From Eledone cirrhosa (lineage: Eukaryota), in contig OZ024740.1 of assembly GCA_964016885.1 (NCBI GenBank), positions 375,596,001 to 375,660,000 of the forward strand: a DNA stretch of 64,000 nucleotides, written 5' to 3'. A program made the position numbers and the translations under genes. Below, in pieces: positions 1 through 11,244 of the stretch. The notes beneath the pieces were generated by a model, which made no database searches, had not been told where the DNA came from, and was given only the letters and a program-made list of their open reading frames with translations. Position 1 is the first letter of the stretch, and each line of letters begins with the position of its first letter.

Positions 1-1216
1 CCCTGGAAATACTCTACGCCACAGACCATATCTTAAACAAAAAATCTGAGGCAATTTCGGCTTGTAAACATAAATTGCACAAAACTTTCCTGTATTACAG
101 CCCCACGTCATACCCTAACGGATAGTACGATCTATACGTGGATATTTTACGTCTTGATGTGGGAGCTAAGTATATGTTTGTTTATTCCTTTACTTATTTG
201 CATAGGTAAGTATATTTTACCCGTATGTTTTGTGAAAGTACGTATACTTTCTCGTACGTATATTTGATTGTTATGGCGTATAATTTTATATATTCTGGTA
301 CATATGGTTTGGCTATGTGTATACGGGAGTTTTGCGTCTGTGTGAGTATGCAGTTCGTACGTATGGTGCGTGTGTGTATATGCGTACTTCATGTTTTAGT
401 TGACTTACGTCTCAGAACATTCGTGTATTTATATATAGGTATGTGTGTGCGCTTGTTATATACGTATTTATTTATTTATATACGTTTATATAATTATTTA
501 TTTATTTGTATACACGCATACACACACACACATATTTATATGTGCGTGGTTTTGTATACCTATGGTAAGTTTTTGCGTATGCTTGTGTATGTACGTATTT
601 GTTTGCGTGTATGTATTTATTTATTTCTATTACTTCTGTATTGTATTTATTTACTTTGTTCTTAACTCTGTAGCGGAGATTCATTTGGTCTCCTAGTTAG
701 AATTTTAGTCTACGACTTCTGCTATACCATTTACGTGGTTGTGTTTTTGCGTGCTATTGTTCTCCACGCTTCACATATGACGTATTATCTTCGTTTTTTC
801 GTTCATTGCCAGAGAACGTCACTATGCACCACCTAAGGGAACAATAGTCTATGGTCTCTTTCATACCATATGACGTGGTTCTGTCTTTGCGCGTAATTGT
901 TTTTCACCGCTCCTATTAAAGACGTATTATTCGTTCTTTCCCGTTCTTTGCAGGCGAACGTTTCCACGAACCAAAGTATCGTCTTCCTGTCTTCCTCCGG
1001 TTGCAACGTTTTTTGAAATATCCAGTTCTGCGTTTACAGATTGACTTTGTTAGTTTCAGAAGATCCCGTTAAGGGTGAAAGCAGCGATTCTTTGCTTAAA
1101 CTTTAATCTGTTATTTTAATAAATATTTGCTCTACGGTTCTTATATATTTGATATATATTTATCCTTATCGAGCCCTCTTTGGATTTTAGTCTTCAAATT
1201 TATTATGATTACTATC
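1..1216 (+). mobile_element. Penelope-like element, 3' part (end of GIY-YIG ORF, 3' UTR, pLTR); runs off the window start
   Basis: Frame 3..125 reads LEILYATDHILNKKSEAISACKHKLHKTF...*, the PLE endonuclease C-terminus. Homologous to 1397-2540 (minus) and 16158-17020. Ends at a (TA)n tract. Confidence 0.85.
1052..1102 (+). ncRNA. Type I hammerhead ribozyme variant (core CAGAAGA) in PLE pLTR
   Basis: AGTTT-CAGAAGA-TCCC gttaa GGGT-GAA-AGCA gcgattctt TGCT-T-AAACT. Stems I, II and III pair; predicted triplet CUU. Confidence 0.6.
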
Positions 1217-1396
1217 TATAAATATATATATATATTTATATTTATTAATATATATTTATATTTATTAATATATATATCTATATATATATATATATATCTA
1301 TATCTATATATATATATATCTATATATATATATCTATATATATATATATCTATATATCTATATCTATATATATATATCTATATATATATATTTATA
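1217..1396. repeat. Degenerate (TA)n/(TATC)n microsatellite
   Basis: Directly visible; separates two tail-to-tail PLE copies. Confidence 0.95.
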
Positions 1397-1417
1397 TTTA
1401 TTAAAATAACAGATTAA

Positions 1418-1468
1418 AGTTTAAGCAAAGAATCACTGCTTTCACCCTTAACGGGATCTTCTTAAACT
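1418..1468 (-). ncRNA. Hammerhead copy in 3' pLTR with C3A change (probably inactive)
   Basis: Reverse complement of the 1052-1102 motif with core AAGAAGA. Confidence 0.5.
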
Positions 1469-2411
1469 AACAAAGTCAATCTGTAAACGCAGAAGTGGAT
1501 ATTTCAAAAAACGTTGCAACCGGAGGAAGATAGGAAGACGATTCTTTGGTTCGTGGAAACGTTCCCTGGCAAAGAACGGGAAAAAAACGAATATAATACG
1601 TCATTAATAGGAGCGGTGAAAAACAATTACGCACAAAGACAGAACCACGTTTATGGTATAAAAGAAGTCGTAGACTAATGTTCTGTTAGGTGGTTCATAG
1701 AGACGTTCTCTGGCATTGAACGGATAAACCGAAGATTATACGTCATATGTGGAGCGTGGAGAACAATGACACGCAAAGACAAAACCACGTAAATGGCATA
1801 GCTGACGTCGTAGACTAAATTTTAACTAGGAAACCGAATGAATCTCCGCTTCAGAGTTAAGAATAAAGTAAATAAATACAATACAGAGGAAATAGAAATT
1901 AAATAAATGCATACGCACATGCAAATACGTATATACACAAGCATATGCAAAACACTTTCCATAGATATACAAAACCACGCACATATAAATATATGTCTGT
2001 GTGTGTGTGTGCGTGTATACAAATAAATAAATAATTAAATAAACGTATATAAATAAATACATACGTATATAACAAGCGCACACACATACCAACATGTAAA
2101 TACACATATGTTCGGAAACGTAAGTCAACAAAACATGAATACACAAATACACACACCCTACATACGTTCGAACCTGCATACTCACGCAGACGCAAATATC
2201 CCGTATACACATAACGAAACCATATGTACCAGAATATATAAAAAATGTATACGCCATAACATAAACAATCAAATATACGTATGAGAAAGTATACGTACCT
2301 TCACAAAACATACAGGTAATATATACTTACCTATGCAAATAAGTAATGGTATAAACAAAACATATACTTAGCTACCACATCAAGACGTAACATATCCACG
2401 TATAGATCGTA

Positions 2412-4489
2412 CTATCCGTTAGGGTATACTGTGGGGCTGTAATACAGGAAATGTTTGTGCAATTTATGTTACAAGCCGAAATAGCCTCAGATCTTTTGTT
2501 TAAGATGTTGTCTGTGGCGTAGAGTATTTCCAGGGCCTCAGCGGCGCAGAGGTCATACGGTCTTTTATTTCCGCTATACGATCTAGCACTAGCTAGGATC
2601 TCCAAGTGTAACTTAAATTGGGTGTGGTTGTCTTTTAGACTTCAGATATAAGCTGAACGTGACGTCATATTCCTTCTTAGAAGGTAACGAAAAGAATGGG
2701 TATGCATGTAAAGACGCTACTTGAATCTATTGGCGGTTAACCCTATGTAGGCCCTACGGGTGTGGGTGTTTCAACCTTACATTTGTAGACAATGTTACTA
2801 CAGAGATATTTCCCGGATAGGGAGCAATCAACCCGATTCCTACAATTACAGTTAGTACTAACTACAGGGTTGCATGTGTTCCTACGGCTAGGTAGTTTAG
2901 CTAAATGTTAAGCTGTGATGTTATGTGCAAGGTTAGGAGTCGTAGCTTAAGAAATTGTAATAGTATTTCTATTAAACATTTTACTATATTTATGTGTAGA
3001 GGGAAAATGCTTCGGAATAAGGGAAAGAAAGATCTTAGCTAATGGTGTGGCCACCTCCATATTATATGGTGGGTTATACCAACAAATGCGATGGGATCTA
3101 TTTCTTCTAGGTCTATTTTCGTACTCTGCATATGCAACCTTATCGACAAATCCACTCCGAGCAAGAGCTTCATTGTAATATGTGGAATGGTCGTTGAAAA
3201 TATGCTCGTTAGTAGATAGACGGGAAAGCCTCAACGAAACGTTTCTTACCAGGTTCTTGGTTACGCTGGCAGGATGGTTGGAATGCTTACTTATGTAATT
3301 CAGCGTATCATTCGGCTTTCTATACGGGTAATACAACCCATTCGATAAATTGAGGGTAACGTCGAGGTAATTAACGACCGAGAGATTGGGCTCACCCATA
3401 TAGAGAGGTTGAAGCCTTTTAAATAAGGCTGTGAGTTCTTTTCTGAACCTGTCACAAGCACGAGGTCCGCACTTAGTCATGGTCAAAAGACGATCATCAC
3501 GGTACAAACCACCGCCCGCGTTGGGGAATTCGTCCTTGATAGAGAAAAGAAGGAAAAGGCAGATAAGATCAGTAACCTCCGCAAATCCAAATAGAGTTGT
3601 CGAAATTAATCACCGACTTACGGGCATTGAGGATGACATCAACTTCGAAATCCTTAACCACCGTGAGTGTTTGAGCGAAATTGATAGCTCTAAGGAGAAG
3701 TGGTAAAGTGATGGAGGAGTAGTAATTGTTGATGTCAAATTGGATAAAACGGCAATGTTCCTTGTTGCATATGCCGTTGAACCAATCAATCACTGCGAAA
3801 GAATTGTTCCACAGTGCAAGAGGGGCCAAACCTCTAATTTCAGGTATAATTCTATCAAGAATCCTTTTACTAAGTCTACCTAAATCGGACTTCGTAGTGT
3901 TAATAATCCGAATAGAGGGGTTGTTAGGAAAATTGGATTTGTGATCCTTCAGAGTAAAGTGGGGAGAAATAGGGTCCAGAGGTACGGTCCGGTCCAGGAT
4001 GTTGAGATCAGAGGTGATTTTAAACCCAGCATCGTTGATTTCATTGATGACGCACCGATTAGTTTTACGGTAATCCTTAGTTACATCATTATGTAGTAGT
4101 TGATGGTAAGTACTGCGCTCCACTTGATATAGGTTGCCAGTTTTGTCGGAATGGACGTGCAGGGCATTAGAATCCTTAATAGAACGAATTCTATTCTTCA
4201 GGTCCTGCTGGGAGGAATTGCTCCTATTCCGAAATGTGATACTCTGTATGAGTTCCAAGACATCATTTTTGAAGGGAAGCAATGCTGGGTTACACGGGGG
4301 GTTATTATAGGTTTTAAACCCAAATTTATACTATATGTTGTCTGCTTTTCGCTGATTATCGAAATAAAAGGCACGCCAACGCAACCTTTTAATGAACGCG
4401 TCTGTTCTCTGTATCAGGAGTTTTAGGTATATTTTCCCGCTTGGTACGGGTATGTTCTTTGTAGAAATATTCAGGTGTTGTTTCTGCAT
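2412..4489 (-). pseudogene. PLE reverse transcriptase / GIY-YIG endonuclease ORF with stops, frameshifts and a deletion
   Basis: Motifs in order: MQKQHLNISTKNIP..FIKRLRWRAFYF; HSDKTGNLY; FDINNYYSSI; GGLYRDD; NYLDVTLNL; YISKHSNHP; CWYNPPY; CNCRNRVDC..IVYKC; YIGLTANRFK; LC..E..LNKRSE. Part of RT motif B is missing near 3580. Confidence 0.92.
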
Positions 4490-4643
4490 GATGAATATAA
4501 GTCAATAGAGTGCTCAACCGAGCGAGCCAAGTAGTAATAATAATAAATTTGAAGACTAAAATCCAAAGAGGGCTCGATAAGGATAAATATATATCAAATA
4601 TATAATAACCGTAGAGCAAATATTTATTAAAATAACAGATTAA

Positions 4644-4694
4644 AGTTTAAGCAAAGAATCGCTGCTTTCACCCTTAACGGGATCTTCTGAAACT
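4644..4694 (-). ncRNA. Hammerhead variant (CAGAAGA) in 5' pLTR
   Basis: Identical to 1052-1102 on the minus strand, ~155 nt upstream of the ORF ATG at 4489. Confidence 0.6.
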
Positions 4695-4734
4695 AACAAA
4701 GTCAATCTGTAATCTTCAAATTTATTATTATTAC

Positions 4735-4803
<69 letters not shown>

Positions 4804-5000
4804 GAATATATGAGAGGGATAAACACTGATACAAGTATACATGTGTTCCCATTACAAACGATCAAGTTAGCTGGGTTGAGAAATACTAATTTAAAATAAT
4901 ACGGTTTGCCTCTCTCGATTTTGAGTTTATAACTCTCTATATATAATATATATATATATATTTCGTTTATGAATTTGTTTAGCAAGATTCTTTATCTGAA

Positions 5001-5285
5001 AATGTGTGTTGAAACTGATATTGTTATGCTTTGGGAGCGTCATGATGCCAATAAGAAACACATGCACCAGGTGCTTTCACTTCAATGTATTAAAGAGGTC
5101 ACAGAATGAAGGACGAAAGAACTTTGACAATATAAACAATCGTCTGGTTGTGGAACCAAGCAACCAACCGGAAATTTATAAATTCATTAATTTATGAATT
5201 TAATTTATATTAAATTATTAAAGTGAAAGCAACTGGTGCGAGTGTTTCTTAGTGGCAACATGACCCTCCCAAAGCATAACAGTAT
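5001..5285. mobile_element. Fold-back PLE terminal fragment
   Basis: Inverted arms ~5019-5082 / 5221-5284. The minus strand 5284-5093 matches 62759-62945, which heads a PLE RT ORF. Confidence 0.7.
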
Positions 5286-5340
5286 ATATATATGTATATA
5301 TATATATATAGTTATGTAATAAACAACGTAATATAATTAC

Positions 5341-5398
5341 TTCATTTACCAGTCGTTTCTGGAAAGCAAACAAATCTGCTTTCAGTCATCAGAATGAA
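5341..5398 (-). ncRNA. Type I hammerhead motif
   Basis: TTCATT-CTGATGA-ctGAAAGCA..TGCTTTCca-GAAAC gactg GTA-AATGAA. Same family as 10156 and 10574. Confidence 0.7.
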
Positions 5399-5506
5399 AA
5401 AATCCTGGTGTTTTTATTGAATGTGGATTGAAAACAAAAATATAAGGAATATGAGAGAGAGGCTGAAGGAAGAAGGGAAAAAGATAATAAATATATGAAT
5501 ATATAA

Positions 5507-5537
<31 letters not shown>

Positions 5538-5613
5538 CATATATGTTTATATGTATATATACACATAAATATACATACACATACACACACATATATAAAT
5601 ATACACACATATA

Positions 5614-5685
<72 letters not shown>

Positions 5686-5713
5686 AAAGAATAGAGGTGT
5701 AACACACAAGTTA

Positions 5714-6035
5714 TTATATATTGGTAAACGGAATAGAAAATGCTGACAAATTGTTCACAGTTGAAAAATGGTTTAATTAAGAATAAAAGAGTATTAGTGA
5801 TTGTATGGGTTAGTATTCAGTTGTGGTTTTAAGATCAGAGCAAACAGCACGGACACTCTATCTCAAAATTATTTTTGAAAAGCATTTAGAAATGCGCAAC
5901 CGGTAAAAACTCAAAAACTTAAAACCACAACTGAATACTAACCCATACAATCACTAATACTCTTTTATTCCTAATTAAACCATTTTTCAACAGTGAACAA
6001 TTTGTCACCATTTTCTATTCCGTTTACCAATATAT
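5714..6035. repeat. ~120 bp inverted repeat enclosing a degenerate hammerhead
   Basis: Arms 5714-5833 / 5918-6035. Spacer 5872-5908 reads TTT-TTGAAAA-GCATTT ag AAATGC-GCAA-CCGG-TA-AAA. Confidence 0.8.
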
Positions 6036-6046
6036 ATATATATATA

Positions 6047-6559
6047 TATATTTATATAAAATTATATAAATACATATATAAAAATAAATAAACGACCATG
6101 ATTCAGTCACATCACCATACAAAAGCAAAATACATATACAAGAATTCAATAAATAAAAGTCAAGTTTAAAAAATAAAAAAATAAAGAGAGAAAAATAAAA
6201 AAATAAAAAATTAGCAAGTTGACAGCTATACGAAAGAGATAAAAAACACAAATAAAGATAAATAAACGAACACAGGTGGTAAGGAAAAGCATAAAATAAA
6301 TATATATATATATATACGTATATATTTATATATATGTATATATATATATACGAATATATACACACACACACATAAATACATATATACACACACATACATA
6401 AACAAATACACATACACATATATACACATAGACATACATAGAAATATATACATACAATATATATACAATACAAATATATACACAGATAAGAATATACATA
6501 CAAATGCATACACACAGACACATATATATGTATATATATATATATACATATATATGTAT

Positions 6560-6650
<91 letters not shown>

Positions 6651-6943
6651 TAAACATATATGTACATACTCACATGCACACACACTCGTACACGCGCATA
6701 TACTCTCAACCACATTTATAGGTACATATATACGAATGTAGGTGTATATATATCTATTAAATAATATATAAATAAATACATTCACACACGCATATACAAT
6801 TTTTTTAATTTTGAATTGTTATTTCTTTATTTTTTTATTTTTTAGACCTGACTGTTATTTATTGATTTCTTCTATATGTATTTGGTTCTTGCATGGTGAT
6901 GTGACTTCACATGGTCATTTATTTATTTTTATATATTTATTTA

Positions 6944-6955
<12 letters not shown>
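6047..6955. repeat. Diverged inverted repeat around microsatellite-rich core (probable PLE end)
   Basis: Arms ~6047-6215 and ~6800-6955 (e.g. gtcacatcaccat / atggtgatgtgac). Confidence 0.65.
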
Positions 6956-6989
<34 letters not shown>

Positions 6990-6995
<6 letters not shown>

Positions 6996-7231
6996 AAAAA
7001 CGAAAAATCAGTGATGCATCTGGATTCAATTTATTGCGTGTTACAATTGTTTCGCCGGCAGGTAGCGTTCGGAGCAAATTCGCTCCGAACGAACTACCCT
7101 TGTCTGAAGGAACCTGCAGCCGTAGAATCAGCCAGATCCATACAGGGTCCATGTCTCGAGCTACCTGCCTGCGAAACAATTGCGCAATAAACTGAATCCC
7201 GATGCATTACTGATTGTTTCGTTTGTTTATA
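6990..7231. repeat. Fold-back element with internal hairpin
   Basis: Arms ~6990-7066 / 7157-7231; internal hairpin CGTTCGGAGC aaattc GCTCCGAACG at 7066-7091. Confidence 0.75.
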
Positions 7232-7622
7232 CTATCCATACTCTACTCAGTTGAATATTGAGCGCTAACTTTGGCATACCGCCTATGGAAGCACCATAGC
7301 TACCATTATACACAAGTATATATATATATATATCATAAATTATGTCCACTGAATCATTTGATAAAATATATACACTGTTTCCTCTCCCAGTTAGCATAAT
7401 TAACCACATAAAAAAATCAATTAGACAAGGCTATAAGAATAAAGGCTCCTACGGAGAAATATTTGATAAATAAACGAAAGAAGCCTCTTCGCGGCCGACC
7501 GCAATAGAATATTCAACCAACATTTCAACAGCATGTAGAAATCGACTGAATATACCGTCAACCATACACAATTAGGTATAAATTTAAAGTTAGAAGAAAT
7601 GCGTACACTCTTACCGTGATTA

Positions 7623-7702
7623 TGTCCCTACCCTGGGTTTCGTTCCGGTTTTGAGATATCCTATTAAGGATAAATCTGGAGTATCGAAGTCATCAGGAGA
7701 CA
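7623..7702 (-). ncRNA. Type I hammerhead with extended stem II
   Basis: TGTCTC-CTGATGA-...-GAAACCCAGGGTA-GGGACA. Confidence 0.7.
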
Positions 7703-8286
7703 AACTCATAGGACAGTTAATTTTCCAAAGCGATCCCCGCCAGAAACAGATTCAAAAATGGCTAATAATCGTGACGTGGCAGTGGTCAAGTTAGAAAGAA
7801 TGTGATTAGTTGCTTACGGCGAGTGGGCTTGTTGCTAGAAAGCGCAGCCCAATATTGCCCAAATTGCATCTCAACCAGATGGGAGATTATTAAATACAAA
7901 GATTTCCATATACACAAATTCACAGATATATATGTGGCAACCGTTCACGATGTGGCTCAATGAAGAATTAATAAATTAAATAATCAGAACAAGATATCAT
8001 AAATTATGTCCATAGAATCATTTGATAAAATATATACACTATTCCCTCTCCCAATTAGCTTAATTAACCACATAAAAAAATCAATTAGACAAGCCTATAA
8101 GAATAAAGGCTCCTATGAAGAAATATTTGATAAATAAACGAAAGCAGACTCTTCGCGGCCGACCGCAATAGAATATTCAACCAACATTTCAACAGCATGT
8201 AGAAATCGACTGAATATACCGTCAACCATACACAATTAAGTATAAATTTAAAGTTAAAAGAAATGCGTACAGTCTTACCGTGATTA

Positions 8287-8366
8287 TGCCCCTACCACGG
8301 GTTTCGTTCGCGTTTTGAGATATCCTATTAAGGATAAATCTCGAGTATCGAACTCATCAGGAGACA
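8287..8366 (-). ncRNA. Type I hammerhead, canonical core, extended stem II
   Basis: TGTCTC-CTGATGA-GTTCG..GAGAtt TATCCT taat AGGATA TCTC..CGAAC-GAA-ACC cgt GGT-A-GGGGCA; GUA triplet. Confidence 0.82.
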
Positions 8367-8697
8367 AACTCATAGGACAGTTAATTTTCCAAAGCGATCC
8401 CCGCCAGAAATAGATTCAAAAATGGCTAAGAATTGTGACGTGGCAGTGGTCAAGTTAGAAAGAATGTGATTAGTTGCTTACGGCGAGTGGGCTGGTTGCT
8501 AGAAAGCGCAGCCCAATATTGCACAAATTGCATCTCAACCTAATGGGAGATTATTAAATATAAAGATCGCTTTGGGAAATTAACCGTCCTATGAGTTTGT
8601 CCCCGGATGAGTTCGATTATTTAATTTATTAATTCTTTATTGAGCATCGTGAATGGTTGCCACATATATATCTGTGACTTTGTGTATATGTAAATCT

Positions 8698-8770
<73 letters not shown>

Positions 8771-8777
<7 letters not shown>

Positions 8778-9861
8778 CATTATGAAGAGAGAAGAAACAT
8801 TAGATATAATTAGTAATAAGATATACCATACCTAAACTGCTACTAAATTCCTCGACTACGTAGTTTCGTGGCATATGCAAAAACACTACATCACAGAGAT
8901 ATAGAATTATATCTCGGCAGGGATGCCGACTTATCAAGAGCGTACCTCATTAAGGGTTTCAAAACACGTCCGTAAGATGCGAGATAGAATCCCGAAAGGC
9001 GGAGGGGGAGTCAATCACGTGATACAGCGGTCAAGAACCAGAGCTGAGCCTCTTATAACCCTGAAAAAATGCCACGGAGGCGGAGGCGTTATTTATATCG
9101 AGGCCGTAGAAGATGTGGTCAAGGAGGCAAGAAGTATGAATAATGATAGCTTTCCAGCAGTCACTACACTTCAAAGGTTACTCGACCAAAGGGAGTTATA
9201 AACAATATATAGAGAAACACACAGACACATGCAGACACATACATATACATGAATATATCCACATATATCCTTGAGTTAGTGGTGCCAACCTCAACCGATG
9301 TTGCTCTATGAATAACTGGGACAAACCAATCCGAATGGATTAGACTGATTCAGTATCAGAGCTATATAATACATTATGAAGAGAGGAGAAACATAAGATA
9401 TAATTAGTAATAAGATATATCATACCTAAACTGCTGTTTCTTGACCGCTGTATCACGTGATTGAATCCCCCTCCGCGCTTTCGGGATTCTATCTCGCATC
9501 TTACGGGCGTGTTTTGTAACCCGTAATGAGGTATCCTCTTGATAAGTCGGCAGACCTCACAAAAATTCTATATCTCTGTCATGTAGTGTTTTTGCATATG
9601 CCACGAAACTACATAGTCGAGGAATTTAGAAGCAATTTAGGTATGATATATATTATTACTAATTATATCTAATGTTTCTTCTCTCTTCATAATGTATTAT
9701 ATAGCTCTGATACTGAATCAGTCTAATCCATTAAGATTGGTTTGTCCCAGTTATCCATAGAGCAGCATCGGTTGAGGTTGGGACCACTAACTCAAGGATA
9801 TATGTGGATATATTCATGTATATGTATGTGTCCGCATGTGCCTATGTGTTTCTCTATATAT

Positions 9862-9865
<4 letters not shown>
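8771..9865. mobile_element. ~594 bp unit with partial tandem copy and inverted segments; hammerhead-like motif at 8850-8899 (-) and 9573-9622 (+)
   Basis: 8771 and 9365 begin the same sequence; 9436-9865 is inverted. Same family as 61742-62675. Flanked by (TA)n. Confidence 0.78.
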
Positions 9866-9909
<44 letters not shown>

Positions 9910-9916
9910 TATATAT

Positions 9917-10302
9917 ATGTGTGTGTTTGTGTTATTATGTGTATGTGTATGTATATTCATGTGTATATATACATATAAACATATGTATATATGTGTGTGT
10001 GTGTGTGTCTCTGTGTGTGTGTGTGTATATGTGTGTATGCATGTGTTTATATACTTATATATTTATTATCTTTGTCTCTTCTGCCTTCACCCTCTCTTTC
10101 ATATTCCTTATATTTTTGTTTTGAAATCCACATTCGATAAAAACACCAGGATATTTTCATTCTGATGACTGAAAGCAGATTTGTTTGCTTTCAAGAAAGG
10201 ACTGGTAAATGAAATAATTATCTCGTGTTCTTTATTACTATTAATCTCTGTAACCTACATAGAGCACTCTTTTTTCCTGGACCTTTCCGACGGAATTACT
10301 TC

Positions 10303-10350
<48 letters not shown>

Positions 10351-10720
10351 TTGTGTTATTATGTTTATGTGTATGTATATTTATGTGTATATATACATAT
10401 AAACATATGTATATATGTGTGTGTGTGTGTGTCTCTGTGTGTGTATGTGTGTGTATGCATGTGTTTATATACTTATATATTTATTATCTTTGTCTCTTCT
10501 GCCTTCAGCCTCTCTTTCATATTCCTTATATTTTTGTTTTGAAATCCACATTCGATAAAAACACCAGGATATTTTCATTCTGATGACTGAAAGCAGATTT
10601 GTTTGCTTTCAAGAAAGGACTGGTAAATGAAATAATTATCTCGTGTTCTTTATTACTATTAATCTCTGTAACCTACATAGAGCACTCTTTTTTCCTGGAC
10701 CTTTCCGACGGAATTACTTC

Positions 10721-10725
<5 letters not shown>
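9917..10725 (+). repeat. Two tandem ~418 bp units, each with a hammerhead motif (10156-10213, 10574-10631)
   Basis: Near-identical units with TTTCATT-CTGATGA...GAAA..GTA-AATGAAA, separated and flanked by (TA)n. Confidence 0.85.
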
Positions 10726-10751
<26 letters not shown>

Positions 10752-10792
10752 GCGAAGTAGTTTCAGATGTTCAAGTCCTTTAATAATAATGG

Positions 10793-10862
10793 TGTGATAT
10801 ATATTTCAGTGACGACACTGGCCACACTGTTCTGTGTGCGAGTGTCGTGTCATCATCAGACA
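10793..10862 (-). ncRNA. Type I hammerhead motif with long stem II
   Basis: TGT-CTGATGA-tgac ACGACACT..CACAC..GTGTG..AGTGTCGT cact-GAA-ATATATAT-C-ACA; AUC triplet, palindromic stem III. Confidence 0.6.
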
Positions 10863-11029
10863 ACTTCTTACATAATAAGGTTATGTTTCCGAGGCAATCC
10901 AAATTGGATCGACATGGGAACGGATGAATTGCGTGTTTTGGGTTTTTTTCCTTATTCGATATTTACTCCGTCACTCCTATGTGGAAAAAGTACGTTGAGT
11001 GCTTGAATTGAATTGCATCAATGTTTACC

Positions 11030-11165
<136 letters not shown>

Positions 11166-11194
11166 CATATAGAAACACACTCATACATACACAA

Positions 11195-11244
<50 letters not shown>

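Larger units (their letters stand above)
1397..4736 (-). mobile_element. Near full-length Penelope-like retroelement (Naiad-like), decayed
   Basis: Direct terminal repeats at ~4531-4710 and ~1397-1484, both with the HHR motif. Short inverted pLTR tip at 4711-4736. Internal RT + GIY-YIG ORF. (TA)n on both sides. Confidence 0.92.
7326..8700 (-). mobile_element. Two tandem 664 bp non-coding units with hammerheads, plus inverted terminal pieces (pLTR/retrozyme-like)
   Basis: 7331 and 7995 begin the same sequence. 8565-8700 contains inverted segments of the unit. Confidence 0.8.

Noticed and set aside
7040-7110. Minus-strand C-GAAAC-AATT-GTA with a long hairpin
   Set aside because: Looks like the 3' half of an HHR, but no CUGANGA-like box or stem I partner was found.
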